A DNA stretch of 64,000 nucleotides, from positions 416,001 to 480,000 of the forward strand of contig CAWDSK010000005.1 of NCBI GenBank assembly GCA_963804995.1, given 5' to 3'. Position 1 is the first letter of the stretch. Every line of letters starts with the position of its first letter. This DNA comes from an uncultured Acidobacteriota bacterium (GTDB taxonomy: Bacteria > Acidobacteriota > Terriglobia > UBA7540). This document shows positions 12,492 to 22,669 of this stretch, in pieces. The position numbers and the translations under genes are program-made. Below the pieces are notes generated by a model, which did no database searches, was not told where the DNA came from, and worked only from the letters and a program-made list of their open reading frames with translations.

Positions 12492-14141
12492 TCACCAATA
12501 AGGAACGTAGTGCACCACCCCACCGACCTGGAAAGCAACACAGCCCTTCGCGCCCGGAAGGCTTCCACACCTACTTGCGGGGACCGAGTTATTCATAATT
12601 AAATCGCCCGTGGCGTTGCGGCCAGGAGCGCTGTAAGCACTCAGTGCCCCACCCTTATATTGCTGAGCCCCCAACCCTGCCAGCACAAAGCTGTGGGCAG
12701 TGTCTCCCCACAGGTAATCATAGGATTTTACGCCGCGTGCCTGGCTACCATACCAAGATGTCTGCGGAGTCACGGTAATAGGATGAGAGGACGAAGGGGG
12801 ATTGGGGCACTGGATTGTGCCTGCGAGGCCCGGAGTAGTTTTGTTGCCGTTCCAATCGGTAATAACCAGGTAGGCCGTATAGGTTTCCCCAGTGCCGCTT
12901 GAGTCGCAGGACATCGACGGCGCCGGAAGAACCCCCGCCCCTGGCAGGGGATTAATGCTGACGCTTCCCTCCTCAGCGATGCCGCCGCTAACGCTCGTTG
13001 CACCGAAGCCGATCGGAGCAGGCCCAACGTACCCGTGCGCCGGCCCGTGCGATCCTTTCGAGCTGAATTGCAGACACTGCCAGATGCCTCCCCACGAACA
13101 GCCGGGATCGAGTTCTGTAACGAAGGGATCATTCAGCGCCGGAAAGTTGAAAAGCGGGTACGTCATACCCCAGTAGGCAGGGAAACCAGCGCCTTGCCCA
13201 AAATCGACGGCTTGGAGGTAATTAGATATTGAGTCCACGCCTGCATCGATTACGACACCCGATTTGATGCTTCTGACCGTGCCTCCTATAACGACATTGT
13301 TGGAGCCCCCCTTGAAATGAACAGGCACTTGACCGCTCTCGATGTAGGCGCCAAAGACTTGGCTCCCATGGGAATTGAAAGCGATCGCCTCAGTCAGAAA
13401 GCTCTCTGCGTCGATATTCGTTGCCGTGATGACGTCGGCGTCAAACTCGTAACAGGTATGAAGGCCGGCACAATAGGCGTGACTCAGTTGGTTGAACGCC
13501 GCGTTCCCAGTGAACCAGAAGCCGTAGGTTCCTGCGCCGTAAGCCGCCACATCCTGCAGATCATTGTAAGAGGACTCGTTAGGGCCGCCGCCAATTTTGA
13601 AATCGTACTGAAACCCTGACGCGGAGCTATTAGTGAGCTGCGAGGCGGAGGGCCCGCTACTCCAATCGAAACCGATCGAGCCGTCCGTGGTTGACGCTCC
13701 ATAGATGGCGATACCGCTCACGCTTCCACCGATGATGGCGCTGCCGCCTGTCGTCCCACTTAATTTGAGCACCGTTTGGGGGCTGGCAAGATGGCCGCCG
13801 CAGCCCACCAGGTTGCCGTACACGGTGAACATGGGGGCCGCAGTGAAAGTGGCGTTTAGACCGCAAGCAAGCAAGACAGTGACGGCGCGCGGCACCACGA
13901 TCGAAGATGAGGCGGATTGCATCCCCGCCAGGCCGCGAGCGTCCACGATTCCACCGTTGGTAGCCACCGAGTTGATCGCTGCGGTGAGATGCGCGGCAAA
14001 ATCTACTCCGGGCATCACACTGGCATCCACCACGTAAAGAGGAGTGGAGCTGGGTACCCGCGGCTGCTGCGCTAGAACTAGGGAACAGGGAATAGGGAAC
14101 AGGGAACAGATAAGGAAAAGGAAAGCAGCCGGGCGCAGCAT
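12492..14141 (-). CDS. Secreted Gly/Ser-rich protein, probable right-handed beta-helix
   Basis: Signal peptide; AAINS...GGIVDARG start typical of pectate-lyase-like/tailspike folds; repetitive beta rungs. Confidence 0.6.
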   Translation of the reverse strand: MLRPAAFLFLICSLFPIPCSLVLAQQPRVPSSTPLYVVDASVMPGVDFAAHLTAAINSVATNGGIVDARGLAGMQSASSSIVVPRAVTVLLACGLNATFTAAPMFTVYGNLVGCGGHLASPQTVLKLSGTTGGSAIIGGSVSGIAIYGASTTDGSIGFDWSSGPSASQLTNSSASGFQYDFKIGGGPNESSYNDLQDVAAYGAGTYGFWFTGNAAFNQLSHAYCAGLHTCYEFDADVITATNIDAESFLTEAIAFNSHGSQVFGAYIESGQVPVHFKGGSNNVVIGGTVRSIKSGVVIDAGVDSISNYLQAVDFGQGAGFPAYWGMTYPLFNFPALNDPFVTELDPGCSWGGIWQCLQFSSKGSHGPAHGYVGPAPIGFGATSVSGGIAEEGSVSINPLPGAGVLPAPSMSCDSSGTGETYTAYLVITDWNGNKTTPGLAGTIQCPNPPSSSHPITVTPQTSWYGSQARGVKSYDYLWGDTAHSFVLAGLGAQQYKGGALSAYSAPGRNATGDLIMNNSVPASRCGSLPGAKGCVAFQVGGVVHYVPYW

Positions 14142-14381
14142 GCGCGGCGCCAGGTCTGAACCGTGTTCGCTATTTCCTATACGCTTTCTTTTCACGACGC
14201 CTCCTCCTTCCCAGTCCTTTCAGAGTACTGAGCGGCCACAGACTGAATTAAATACTCCAAATTGTCACGTCCTCACCAGCCGGGGCGGGCCCGATTGCCG
14301 GTCCGATCAGATCGGACCATCGGACTCCAGAAATCGGAAACGGGTGAGGGGTTGCTTCGCGAGCTTGGCGCCGCCGGAAGG

Positions 14382-15185
14382 TTACCGGATCATCGAGAAC
14401 TTTGTGGGCGTCAGCAGCATGTTCGTAATGTTCCGCACGATTTCCCCGCCCTGCCGCACCGACTCCTCGCGAATCTTCGTCCAATCCGGATTGCTACGGA
14501 ACGCCGCCCAGGCCTTTTCCCGGTGCGTCTCACTTTCAAAAGGAATCAGATAAGCCATATTGGGCCGGTTGGGTCCAAAAATCGTGTCCGCATAGAGGAT
14601 CGGGTGAATGCCGCTCTTGTGGAAGATGTCGATCTCTCCCCCCGCAAAGCGGTCGTGCAGGTACCCGAGTTGGCGATGCGTGGGTGATTCGTAGATGCGC
14701 AGCTCGAATAGCTTGTGGGCCGGGTCGCCGGCAGGAGTCGCAATGAAAGGCGGGCAGAAGGACGTCGCGCGCAGCAGCATTGCGTCCTCACGATAGAACC
14801 CCGGTTCGTCCTTCTCGAGTTCCGCCACGGCCGCGGCGTAGTCCGGGTCAGCGTCCATCTTTTCCCCAGCCGTTTCCATCTCGGCAAGGCTCGGATAGGA
14901 GAATATAACCAGCACCGCGGGGCTGTAGGCGCTCACCTCCATGTTGAAAAAGCCCATGGGGCCAAACCCGTTCTTCTGAAAGAGCGGCAGGGCGCGCTTT
15001 TCCAGCCAATTCTGCATGCGGGCCACCTGGCTCCCGTTTTGCAACCGTATGAAAACGAACTCGAAGTAAGATGCGCGCATGGGTTTCTCTCCAGTTGTTG
15101 TCGCTTGAAGTGAGGTCTTCCAGGCTGCCGCCACACCGAGGGTTGCGGCAGGTGCGTCCCTTAATATGAATCTTCGCCGGTTCAT
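14382..15185 (-). CDS. NIPSNAP-family protein with Tat signal
   Basis: MNRRRFIL; FELRIYE, WAAFRSNPDW. Confidence 0.85.
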   Translation of the reverse strand: MNRRRFILRDAPAATLGVAAAWKTSLQATTTGEKPMRASYFEFVFIRLQNGSQVARMQNWLEKRALPLFQKNGFGPMGFFNMEVSAYSPAVLVIFSYPSLAEMETAGEKMDADPDYAAAVAELEKDEPGFYREDAMLLRATSFCPPFIATPAGDPAHKLFELRIYESPTHRQLGYLHDRFAGGEIDIFHKSGIHPILYADTIFGPNRPNMAYLIPFESETHREKAWAAFRSNPDWTKIREESVRQGGEIVRNITNMLLTPTKFSMIR

Positions 15186-15270
15186 CGTTTCACCACCGTC
15201 AGTTTAGCGATCCAGGGTTCGCGCCTACAATGGCCTGCTTCCCGGGACATGTCAAGCCTTTCGCCGAACC

Positions 15271-15381
15271 GGTAGTGTCTCAGTTTGATGAGGTAGCGGC
15301 GAGTTTACCTCGCCATAGGGCGGCGTCCCGGTCAGGTCGGGATGAATGCCGCCGCCTCTACGTCAAACTGAGACACTATGG
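15271..15381. mobile_element. MITE with IS1-like ends and an 8-bp target duplication
   Basis: GGTAGTGTCTCAGTTTGA...TCAAACTGAGACACTA; GCCGAACC at 15263-15270 and 15382-15389. Confidence 0.85.
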
Positions 15382-15516
15382 GCCGAACCAGTCCCGGCGC
15401 CCCATTGCCAAAATAGTTTCACCGCAGGCAAGGATAGTAACCACATAATCATAAGTTAAGATTGTACTCGTTAGTAACTGGTTTCGACTTGCGAGCTGTG
15501 CTAGAGTCTAGGCACC

Positions 15517-15777
15517 ATGGTCGCACAAGAGATTTGCCCGTATTGCAAAAGCACGCGCACGGCACGCTCACCGAGCGGTCAACATCTGATTTGCTCCGAT
15601 TGCCAGCGGGTTGTCATCCAGGAGCACGTCAGGAAACCGCGTGGGAGAAGACCCCGGAGCAAGTTTGCGCAGGTTGAATCCCACAGCCGTTCAGCGAGAC
15701 TCGTAGCGGGTTGGCTGGGGCAATATGCTTGCCGGGCGCGTTCACCCAAGCGAGTGCGTCACGGCGTGGGTGTGTGA
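15517..15777 (+). CDS. Possible small zinc-ribbon protein
   Basis: CPYC...CSDC followed by a basic stretch; the C-terminal half is doubtful. Confidence 0.4.
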   Translation: MVAQEICPYCKSTRTARSPSGQHLICSDCQRVVIQEHVRKPRGRRPRSKFAQVESHSRSARLVAGWLGQYACRARSPKRVRHGVGV

Positions 15778-15833
15778 GCGTTTGACTTCGCCGGTTCGAT
15801 GTGCCACGTTGAACAAGCTCCGAGGGCTGCTCC

Positions 15834-16811
15834 GTGGCGCGTCGACCTTTTACATTCCTGCGAAGCCTGACACTCATCCTCACGATTCTCGTGACCGGGC
15901 CGGGACTCCGGGCGTCAGAAAGCCTGCAACTCTTCCTCAACCAACTCATGCAGGGTAAGCAGGGGGCGGTGATTGTCTCCGACCCTCGAACCGGCAGAAT
16001 CCTCGCGATCTGGAATCCGACCACCGCGTTCGACGAAGCCTATCCTCCGGGGTCGACGGCAAAGTTGGTGGCCAGCGCTGCGGCTCTGGAGGAACGTGTC
16101 ATCACACCGGCTGACACGATTCTGTGCCGCCGCGTGCCTCGATTGCTGGGCGAACCTTATCATTGCTCCCATCCGCCCGCCGACCGGCCCTTCGATCTGG
16201 TGGCGGCGCTCGCGAATTCCTGTAACTACTTCTTTGCAGAGCTCAGCACCCGGTTGCCAGCCTCGGTGCTCGCCCACTGGTATGCGGTTTTCGGATTCGG
16301 CTCAGCCGATGCCGCGGGCCCGGATACCGCCCCCGGAAAAGTGCGCATCGGGGAGGCGGCAAGGGACAAAGCCCTCGCGGCGCTCGGCGAGCAGGGTGTG
16401 ACGGCCACGCCTGCGCAAGTCCTGCGGGCGTACTCGGCCATCGCCATGCAGGGCAAAATGTCCCACCTGATCCGTCCCAGATGTTCGCGGGCGCGGGCCG
16501 TAGCGGGCGTCGTCCCACTACAGAAGAGAACTTTTCGAGTTTTGGGCGAAGCCTTCGAAAAATGCGTGCAGGATGGTTTGTGCCACGCTGCGGCGATCGA
16601 AGGTGTGCCCGTCGCCGGTAAAACGGGAAGCGCCGCAGCACTGGATGGGAGTGGCGCGACCCACGCCTGGTTCGTGGGCTACGCCCCGGCGAATTCTCCA
16701 GAAGTTGCCCTGGTGGTTTTTCTGAAGCGCGGCACGGGCAGTGGCAATGCGGCTCCGCTGGCGGGGAAAATCCTCGAACAATACTTCGCCCTGAAATCTC
16801 ACGTGCGATGA
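15834..16811 (+). CDS. Stand-alone penicillin-binding transpeptidase-domain protein
   Basis: SxxK (STAK), SxN (SCN), KTG; N-terminal signal or anchor. Confidence 0.88.
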   Translation: MARRPFTFLRSLTLILTILVTGPGLRASESLQLFLNQLMQGKQGAVIVSDPRTGRILAIWNPTTAFDEAYPPGSTAKLVASAAALEERVITPADTILCRRVPRLLGEPYHCSHPPADRPFDLVAALANSCNYFFAELSTRLPASVLAHWYAVFGFGSADAAGPDTAPGKVRIGEAARDKALAALGEQGVTATPAQVLRAYSAIAMQGKMSHLIRPRCSRARAVAGVVPLQKRTFRVLGEAFEKCVQDGLCHAAAIEGVPVAGKTGSAAALDGSGATHAWFVGYAPANSPEVALVVFLKRGTGSGNAAPLAGKILEQYFALKSHVR

Positions 16812-18595
16812 AAAAACTGGGGCTGATACTTTTGAGTCTTGTGGCGACGAGCCTTCCGGCTCGCCCGGCAACTCCGGAATTTACTGTGGAGTTATTTTCG
16901 ACGAAAGTGATCAAAACCCTGAGCATCGAAGCCCGACAGCAAAATGTGAGCCTGTGCGGCCTGAAAAGTGATGGGCCCTGTAAGCTCCTGAGATCCGGCG
17001 AGAAGGCCGCCTGTTCCGCTGACCAGGTTGTCCGCTGCCGTTCCCAAGGGGCAAGCTGGAATTTCACGCAACTCACTGCCTCCGCCGCAGGCCCCTTCGT
17101 CGTGACGCCGTCGCTCGCGGTCGCCAAGGAACCTCCTCAGGCCCTTCTGGCACGCAATATCCGCGTCAGCGCGAGGAGTACGGGCTTGGGAGTCATTACC
17201 AAGATTGATCTCGAATCGTATGTATCAGGCGTCCTCACTGGGGAGGCTTCAATTCTCAAAGCGCCTGCTGCCCGTGAGGCGATGGCGATTCTCGCCCGCA
17301 CCTGGGCGCTCAAATGGCAGGGACGCCACCACTCGCGAGGATTCGATTTCTGCTCGCTCACCCATTGCCAGGTCTTCCGACTTCCGCCGGCTGGGAAGAC
17401 AATCACCGCGCACGACCTGGACGAGACCATTCTCAAAACGCGCGGCCAAGTCTTGAAATTCCGCGGGGCGCTAGCGGACCCTTACTTCACGGCCTGCTGC
17501 GGGGGAATGACCGAAGCCGCGGGGAATGTGTGGCCGGACCGCGCGCAACCCTATCTGATTGCGGTCCGTGACCCGTATTGTCTCGCAAGCGAACATGCCT
17601 CGTGGCAGAGGACTTTGTCGAAGGAGAGCGTGCAACAGGTTTTGCGCGAGGATTTGCATTTGCCACTTGCCGCACCGCCCGCGGAACTCTCCATCGAAAA
17701 GCAGGATTCGTCGGGCCGGGCCCTCATTCTGCGTGAGGCGGCAGGCGCCGAGTGGCGTGTCGATGCGAATGAGTTTCGCTATGCCCTCGACCGCCGCCTG
17801 GGCTGGGGGCAAATCGAAAGCAATCTTTATACAATCCAGCGGCGTGGGGATTCCTGGATATTCTCCGGCCACGGACTCGGCCACGGCGTGGGACTCTGCC
17901 AGGCAGGCGCCGACCAGATGGGGCGGATGGGATTCTCGGTGGCGCGTATCCTTAGTACCTATTTCCCCGGAACGGAGATATCTTCGCAAGCCTCCGACGC
18001 TTCCGACCCGATCGCATCCAGCGAACACTTCGAACTGCTCTACCCGGCCTCACAGGAGCCTTGGGTGAAGCAAACCCTCGAGACCCTGGAGCTGTGGCGC
18101 AAGGAACTCGGCCCGCACGCGGAAGCGTTGCCTTCACGCCTCCGCTTGCAAACCTGGGCCACGACGGAGGAGTTCATCCATGCAGCGGGGCAGCCCGGAT
18201 GGGTGGCCGCCGCGAGCGACGGTGAATCCATCGAGCTACAACCGCTCGCGCTACTCGCGCGGAAACGAATCTTGAACCAGACCTTGCGGCATGAGCTTAC
18301 GCATCTCGTCGTTCACCGTCTGGCCGCGAAGGGCGTCCCGAGATGGTTTGAAGAAGGATTGGTGCTCTACTTGACACGCGAGAGGATCACGTCACCCTCA
18401 ACGGCGCGGGCCAGTGAGCAAGGACTTGAAGAGGCCATTTCCAAGCCGCGTTCCGAGGCGGAAATGAAAACCGCGTACGCCCAAGCACTGGAAAGAGTCC
18501 GGCAATTGGCGCGGCGCCAGGGTAACACTGCTCTGTGGCGAGTCCTCCAGCACCCGTCCGCAGAAGATCTTCGCTGGCTTCGCGGGAGAGAGTGA
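16808..18595 (+). CDS. SpoIID/LytB-domain protein with a C-terminal HExxH peptidase-like domain
   Basis: LESYVSGVL..E, FDFCSLTHCQV, GHGVGLCQ; HELTH...PRWFEEG. Confidence 0.85.
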   Translation: MKKLGLILLSLVATSLPARPATPEFTVELFSTKVIKTLSIEARQQNVSLCGLKSDGPCKLLRSGEKAACSADQVVRCRSQGASWNFTQLTASAAGPFVVTPSLAVAKEPPQALLARNIRVSARSTGLGVITKIDLESYVSGVLTGEASILKAPAAREAMAILARTWALKWQGRHHSRGFDFCSLTHCQVFRLPPAGKTITAHDLDETILKTRGQVLKFRGALADPYFTACCGGMTEAAGNVWPDRAQPYLIAVRDPYCLASEHASWQRTLSKESVQQVLREDLHLPLAAPPAELSIEKQDSSGRALILREAAGAEWRVDANEFRYALDRRLGWGQIESNLYTIQRRGDSWIFSGHGLGHGVGLCQAGADQMGRMGFSVARILSTYFPGTEISSQASDASDPIASSEHFELLYPASQEPWVKQTLETLELWRKELGPHAEALPSRLRLQTWATTEEFIHAAGQPGWVAAASDGESIELQPLALLARKRILNQTLRHELTHLVVHRLAAKGVPRWFEEGLVLYLTRERITSPSTARASEQGLEEAISKPRSEAEMKTAYAQALERVRQLARRQGNTALWRVLQHPSAEDLRWLRGRE

Positions 18596-18674
18596 AGAAT
18601 GGGCGCACAACACGGCTCTCTCATAGAAAGAGAGTGCCTTCTGCCTTCCGCTTTCTGCCTTCTGCCCGCTGCCT

Positions 18675-19703
18675 TCAGGCCACAACCCTTACGTGTTCCT
18701 GAAGCTTCTGCTTCTCATCCTCGTCCAGGAACGAAGCTCGCACGGCATTCAAACATAGTTTCGAAACTGTCTCGCGATTGAACCCAAAGCAGCGGGCGGA
18801 TTTGAGGAACTCCTCCTCGAGGCTTGTGCCGAACATGGCAGGATCATCGGAATTGAGCGTCACTACGAGCCCCGCTTCCAAAAACTTAGGCAGAGGATGA
18901 TCTTCAAACCGGGGGATCAGGCCCGTGGCCACGTTACTGGTCGGGCAGACTTCCAGAGGAATTCGCCGCTCGCGTAACAAGGCCATCACCTGGGGATCGC
19001 GGATGGCGGTGAGACCGTGGCCGATTCGTTCCACGCCGAGCAATTCAACGGTGTTGCGAATGCTCTCAGGCCCGCAAGCCTCACCGGCATGAGCCACGCC
19101 ATGCAGTCCCTGGTCGCGGGCTTCTCGAAAGATGTCGGGAAAGAGTTCTGCCGGCCCGCGTTCCTCATCGCCGCCGATTCCGAAAGCCACCACGCCCCGC
19201 GACCGGTAATGCCCCGCCCAGCGCAGCACCTCGCGCACGTGGTCAAGCCCGAAGTGCCGGACGGCATCAAAGATCCACCTCACCCGCACACCGGTGCGCG
19301 GCTCGGCTTCTTCGGCAGCCGCGGCCACGGCCTCGAAAACCGCTTCCACCGATTGCTTCTTCCACAACACGACTCCGGCGGAGAATATGATCTCAGCATA
19401 CTTTACGTTCTGTTCCGCTAGCCACTCCAGGAGCCGTGTTGTTGCCAGGGCATAGTCCGCGGGCTTCTCCAAAAGCAGAGTCACAATTCCAAACGCCAAC
19501 AAGAACTGGCGAAAGCTTCCGTAGCGGAAGTGCTGCGCGCGCCGCTCGCCGACCCACTCGCCTACTTTCCGGCGCAGACCGCTCTTGTTCTGTGAAAGCT
19601 CGAGCAGGGTTTCAGGTCGAATGGCGCCTTCCAGATGCAGGTGCAATTCAACCTTGGGCAGCCGCACGATAAAAGACTGAAGCGATGGTCCCAATTCCGG
19701 CAT
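18675..19703 (-). CDS. add: Adenosine deaminase
   Basis: LPKVELHLHLEG, HAGE, RIGHG, EVCPTSN, NSDDP. Confidence 0.92.
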   Translation of the reverse strand: MPELGPSLQSFIVRLPKVELHLHLEGAIRPETLLELSQNKSGLRRKVGEWVGERRAQHFRYGSFRQFLLAFGIVTLLLEKPADYALATTRLLEWLAEQNVKYAEIIFSAGVVLWKKQSVEAVFEAVAAAAEEAEPRTGVRVRWIFDAVRHFGLDHVREVLRWAGHYRSRGVVAFGIGGDEERGPAELFPDIFREARDQGLHGVAHAGEACGPESIRNTVELLGVERIGHGLTAIRDPQVMALLRERRIPLEVCPTSNVATGLIPRFEDHPLPKFLEAGLVVTLNSDDPAMFGTSLEEEFLKSARCFGFNRETVSKLCLNAVRASFLDEDEKQKLQEHVRVVA

Positions 19704-19801
19704 AGGGATTATTTCATTTTGGAGTTTGGATTTGCGATTTGGATTGAAGTAGGAGAGCGTGCCCGCGTTGGTCCACAATCGAAAATCCAAAGTCTAAAGG
19801 A

Positions 19802-20671
19802 TCATCGCGCGGGGAGTTGTGGCCGTCCGGCGTTCAGCCACGAACTGTACCAATAGGAACCCGCGTCACGCGCTGCCGCATTGATCTCCCGCACCAGGGT
19901 TGGTCCTACCTGGCTATAAAACCGGTCGTAGTACTCGTCCGTGTAATCCGGCAAGCCCTCGCGCGCACGCAAATCCGACCAACTAATCAAATTAACCCAG
20001 ATGTTGGCCTCCAGGCAGTTTTGAAAAGCAAACTCCGTTGGGTCTTCAATCCTGGCGGCGTCATCCGGGCGCATGATGAAGAACTTCGAGTACTGGTCCG
20101 GGAGGCGGATTTCAAACCGGTCCGCGAGACCCGTCTGCAGCGTCATCTGCCCGTCAAAATTCTGCGTGGTGTGCAACGGATCGTGAGCGTCCGCCACGTA
20201 ATGGGCCAGCGCTGCGGCATCCAGTTTCACTTCGTCCCAGTTTCCAGCCTTCATCGCCTTGGTCAGCCGCAAACTGAATTCACCGATTTGCCACGGCAGC
20301 ACACCATCCCGATTGACGCGCCCAGCGCTGAACTGCTCCGTGGCGCGCTGAAATACGTGCGGGAGCAAGGGGTAGGGAAAACCCCCGTACTTATCCAGAT
20401 AGATGTAATGCCGCTTGCGCTCGTAGCGATCATTCTTGATCCACTCGTCGGGGTCGTTCGCGTGCTTGACCAGAAGATCCTGGTTGCGGGCAAAAAAGGA
20501 ACGGATTTCCGGGGGGAGAGTTTGGATGGCCCAGGTGTTGACGATATCATGCGCAGTCGGACCCCAACCCAGCACGGGACCTGTGCAGGTCAGCCACAGC
20601 GCCAGCGTCGCGAATAACAATGGGAACGCCCTAGATACCATGAGCGCTTTGGGGGGCACAAGAAAAACCAT
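19802..20671 (-). CDS. Secreted S1/P1 nuclease or Zn-phospholipase C-like protein
   Basis: Signal peptide then WG..AH, NDPD, HYVADAHDPLH. Confidence 0.75.
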   Translation of the reverse strand: MVFLVPPKALMVSRAFPLLFATLALWLTCTGPVLGWGPTAHDIVNTWAIQTLPPEIRSFFARNQDLLVKHANDPDEWIKNDRYERKRHYIYLDKYGGFPYPLLPHVFQRATEQFSAGRVNRDGVLPWQIGEFSLRLTKAMKAGNWDEVKLDAAALAHYVADAHDPLHTTQNFDGQMTLQTGLADRFEIRLPDQYSKFFIMRPDDAARIEDPTEFAFQNCLEANIWVNLISWSDLRAREGLPDYTDEYYDRFYSQVGPTLVREINAAARDAGSYWYSSWLNAGRPQLPAR

Positions 20672-20849
20672 CCACCCTCGAGGACCTCATCGGCAGAGGT
20701 CCCCCAGGGTTCAATTGACCCCACCCGATTCTATCGCATTTCCCCACGCCTGTCGTTACCAACTCCCAGTTCACTGACCACCTGATTTACCACGGGCTCA
20801 TTCCGCCGGAGAGTTTTCGCCCCCGCCCCCACCAGTTGTCACCCGCCAT

Positions 20850-22397
20850 TCACCTCGCAGGATTCACGTTCGCCGATGCGATTTCTGCCGCGGCAAGTGC
20901 CTTCGCTGCCGGGCCGAACTCCGAGTGGTGGCGGCTGTACAGTATGTAGATGACTAGGCCCACCACCAACCACACCAAGAATCGCAACCAGGTCTCGAGC
21001 GGCAGGCTGGCCATCAGGATCACGCACGAGAGGATCGATAGTATGGGGATGACCGGCACCCACGGCGTCCGAAACGCGCGACGGCGCTCCGGTTGCGTTC
21101 GGCGCAGTATCAGCACCCCGAGCGACACCAGCAGGAAGGCAAACAGCGTGCCGATGTTGGAAAGATCCGCCAACGTTCCGATATCAAAGATACCGGCCGG
21201 GATGGCCACGAAGAATCCTGCCACCCAGGTGCTGACATGCGGCGTGCGAAAGCGCCGGTGCACTTTCGAGAAGACCTTCGGCAGCAGGCCATCACGCGAC
21301 ATGGCAAACCAGACGCGCGCCTGGCCCAGTTGAAAAACCAACAGGGAGCTGACCATCCCCGTTAGGGCGCCGACCGTGACCCACTTCATGACATTCGGCA
21401 GACCGATCGCCACCAAGGCATTCGCCACCGGCGCAGCGTTGCGCAGCGACTCCCAATGCTGAATTCCCGTCAGCACCAGCGCCACGGTCACATAGAGTGC
21501 AGCGCAGATGATCAGGGAGGCGATAATGCCGAAGGGCACGTCTTTCTGTGGATTCTGGCATTCCTCCGCCGCCGTGGATACGGAATCGAACCCGATGTAG
21601 CTGAAAAAAACAATCGCCCCGCCGGTCAGCACCCCTTGCCAGCCGTTGGGCATGAAGGGTTTCCAGTTTGAAACGTGGATAAAACGTGAGGCGGCGAAGA
21701 TGAAAACCAGAATGGCCAAAACCTTAATGCCCACCATCAGGTTGTTGGCGTTGGCACTCTCGCGAATGCCAATCACCAGGATCACCGTGAGGATCATCAC
21801 GATGAGGAAACCCGGCAGGTTGAAATAGGCGCCGGTGTATTTGCCCTGAACGAAAAGCGGCTCCATGATCTGCCGCGGTAACTCGATGCCGAAGCCGCGC
21901 AGCAGGCTGTCCACGTACGCTGAGAACCCGACCGCGACGGCCATGTTGCTGACCGCGTACTCCAGGATCAGGTCCCAGCCGATAATCCAGGCCACGATCT
22001 CACCCAGCGTGGCGTAAGAATACGTGTACGCGCTGCCCGCGATGGGAATCATGGAGGCGAGTTCGGCGTAGCACAACCCCGCCAGCGCGCAGGAGATCGC
22101 CACCAGCAGGAATGACAAGGCAATCCCCGGCCCTGCTCCCGGCCGCCCGGCGGTCCCGAGCGCCTTGGCGCCGTGAAGCAGCACATCCATCAACGGCGCC
22201 TTCAGGATCGAATGCACCTCCAGCACCTCGCCCGCCGCGGCGGTGCCGGTGAGAATGAAGATACCCGTCCCGATGATGCCGCCGATTCCCAGAGCGGTCA
22301 GCGACCACGGCCCCAGCGACTTGCGAAGCTGGTGCCCCGGGGAGGACGCATCGGCAATGAGCTTATCAATGCTCTTCTTCTGGAAGAGTTGGCTCAC
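20850..22397 (-). CDS. APC-family amino acid permease
   Basis: GIGGIIGTGIF, YAELASMIPIAGSAYTY, FSYIGFD; many TM helices. Confidence 0.93.
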   Translation of the reverse strand: MSQLFQKKSIDKLIADASSPGHQLRKSLGPWSLTALGIGGIIGTGIFILTGTAAAGEVLEVHSILKAPLMDVLLHGAKALGTAGRPGAGPGIALSFLLVAISCALAGLCYAELASMIPIAGSAYTYSYATLGEIVAWIIGWDLILEYAVSNMAVAVGFSAYVDSLLRGFGIELPRQIMEPLFVQGKYTGAYFNLPGFLIVMILTVILVIGIRESANANNLMVGIKVLAILVFIFAASRFIHVSNWKPFMPNGWQGVLTGGAIVFFSYIGFDSVSTAAEECQNPQKDVPFGIIASLIICAALYVTVALVLTGIQHWESLRNAAPVANALVAIGLPNVMKWVTVGALTGMVSSLLVFQLGQARVWFAMSRDGLLPKVFSKVHRRFRTPHVSTWVAGFFVAIPAGIFDIGTLADLSNIGTLFAFLLVSLGVLILRRTQPERRRAFRTPWVPVIPILSILSCVILMASLPLETWLRFLVWLVVGLVIYILYSRHHSEFGPAAKALAAAEIASANVNPAR

Positions 22398-22484
22398 CAA
22401 GGGACTCCTTTGGATAGGCGGGGAGGCGAGCAAATGGAGTCTTTCCCATCTGCCGATCTGCCTACCTGCCCACTGCCCGCGCTT

Positions 22485-22643
22485 CTACTTCCGCCGTGGC
22501 GCCACGCCCGGGCCCTTCTTCTTGACTTTGGGCTTACGAGAGCCGCGAGGCTCCGTCCGCTTTGGTTTGGGCGCCTGCTTCTTTCGTGCCGCGCGTTTCA
22601 GTTTCTTGCGTGCTTCTTTGTCTTTCGTGTTTTTTGTATTCAT
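22485..22643 (-). CDS. Small, very basic hypothetical protein (52 aa)
   Basis: GAGG RBS; Lys/Arg-rich ORF co-oriented between the helicase and the permease. Confidence 0.6.
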   Translation of the reverse strand: MNTKNTKDKEARKKLKRAARKKQAPKPKRTEPRGSRKPKVKKKGPGVAPRRK

Positions 22644-22669
22644 ATCCTCGGAGTCCAGTGAATTTTGAT

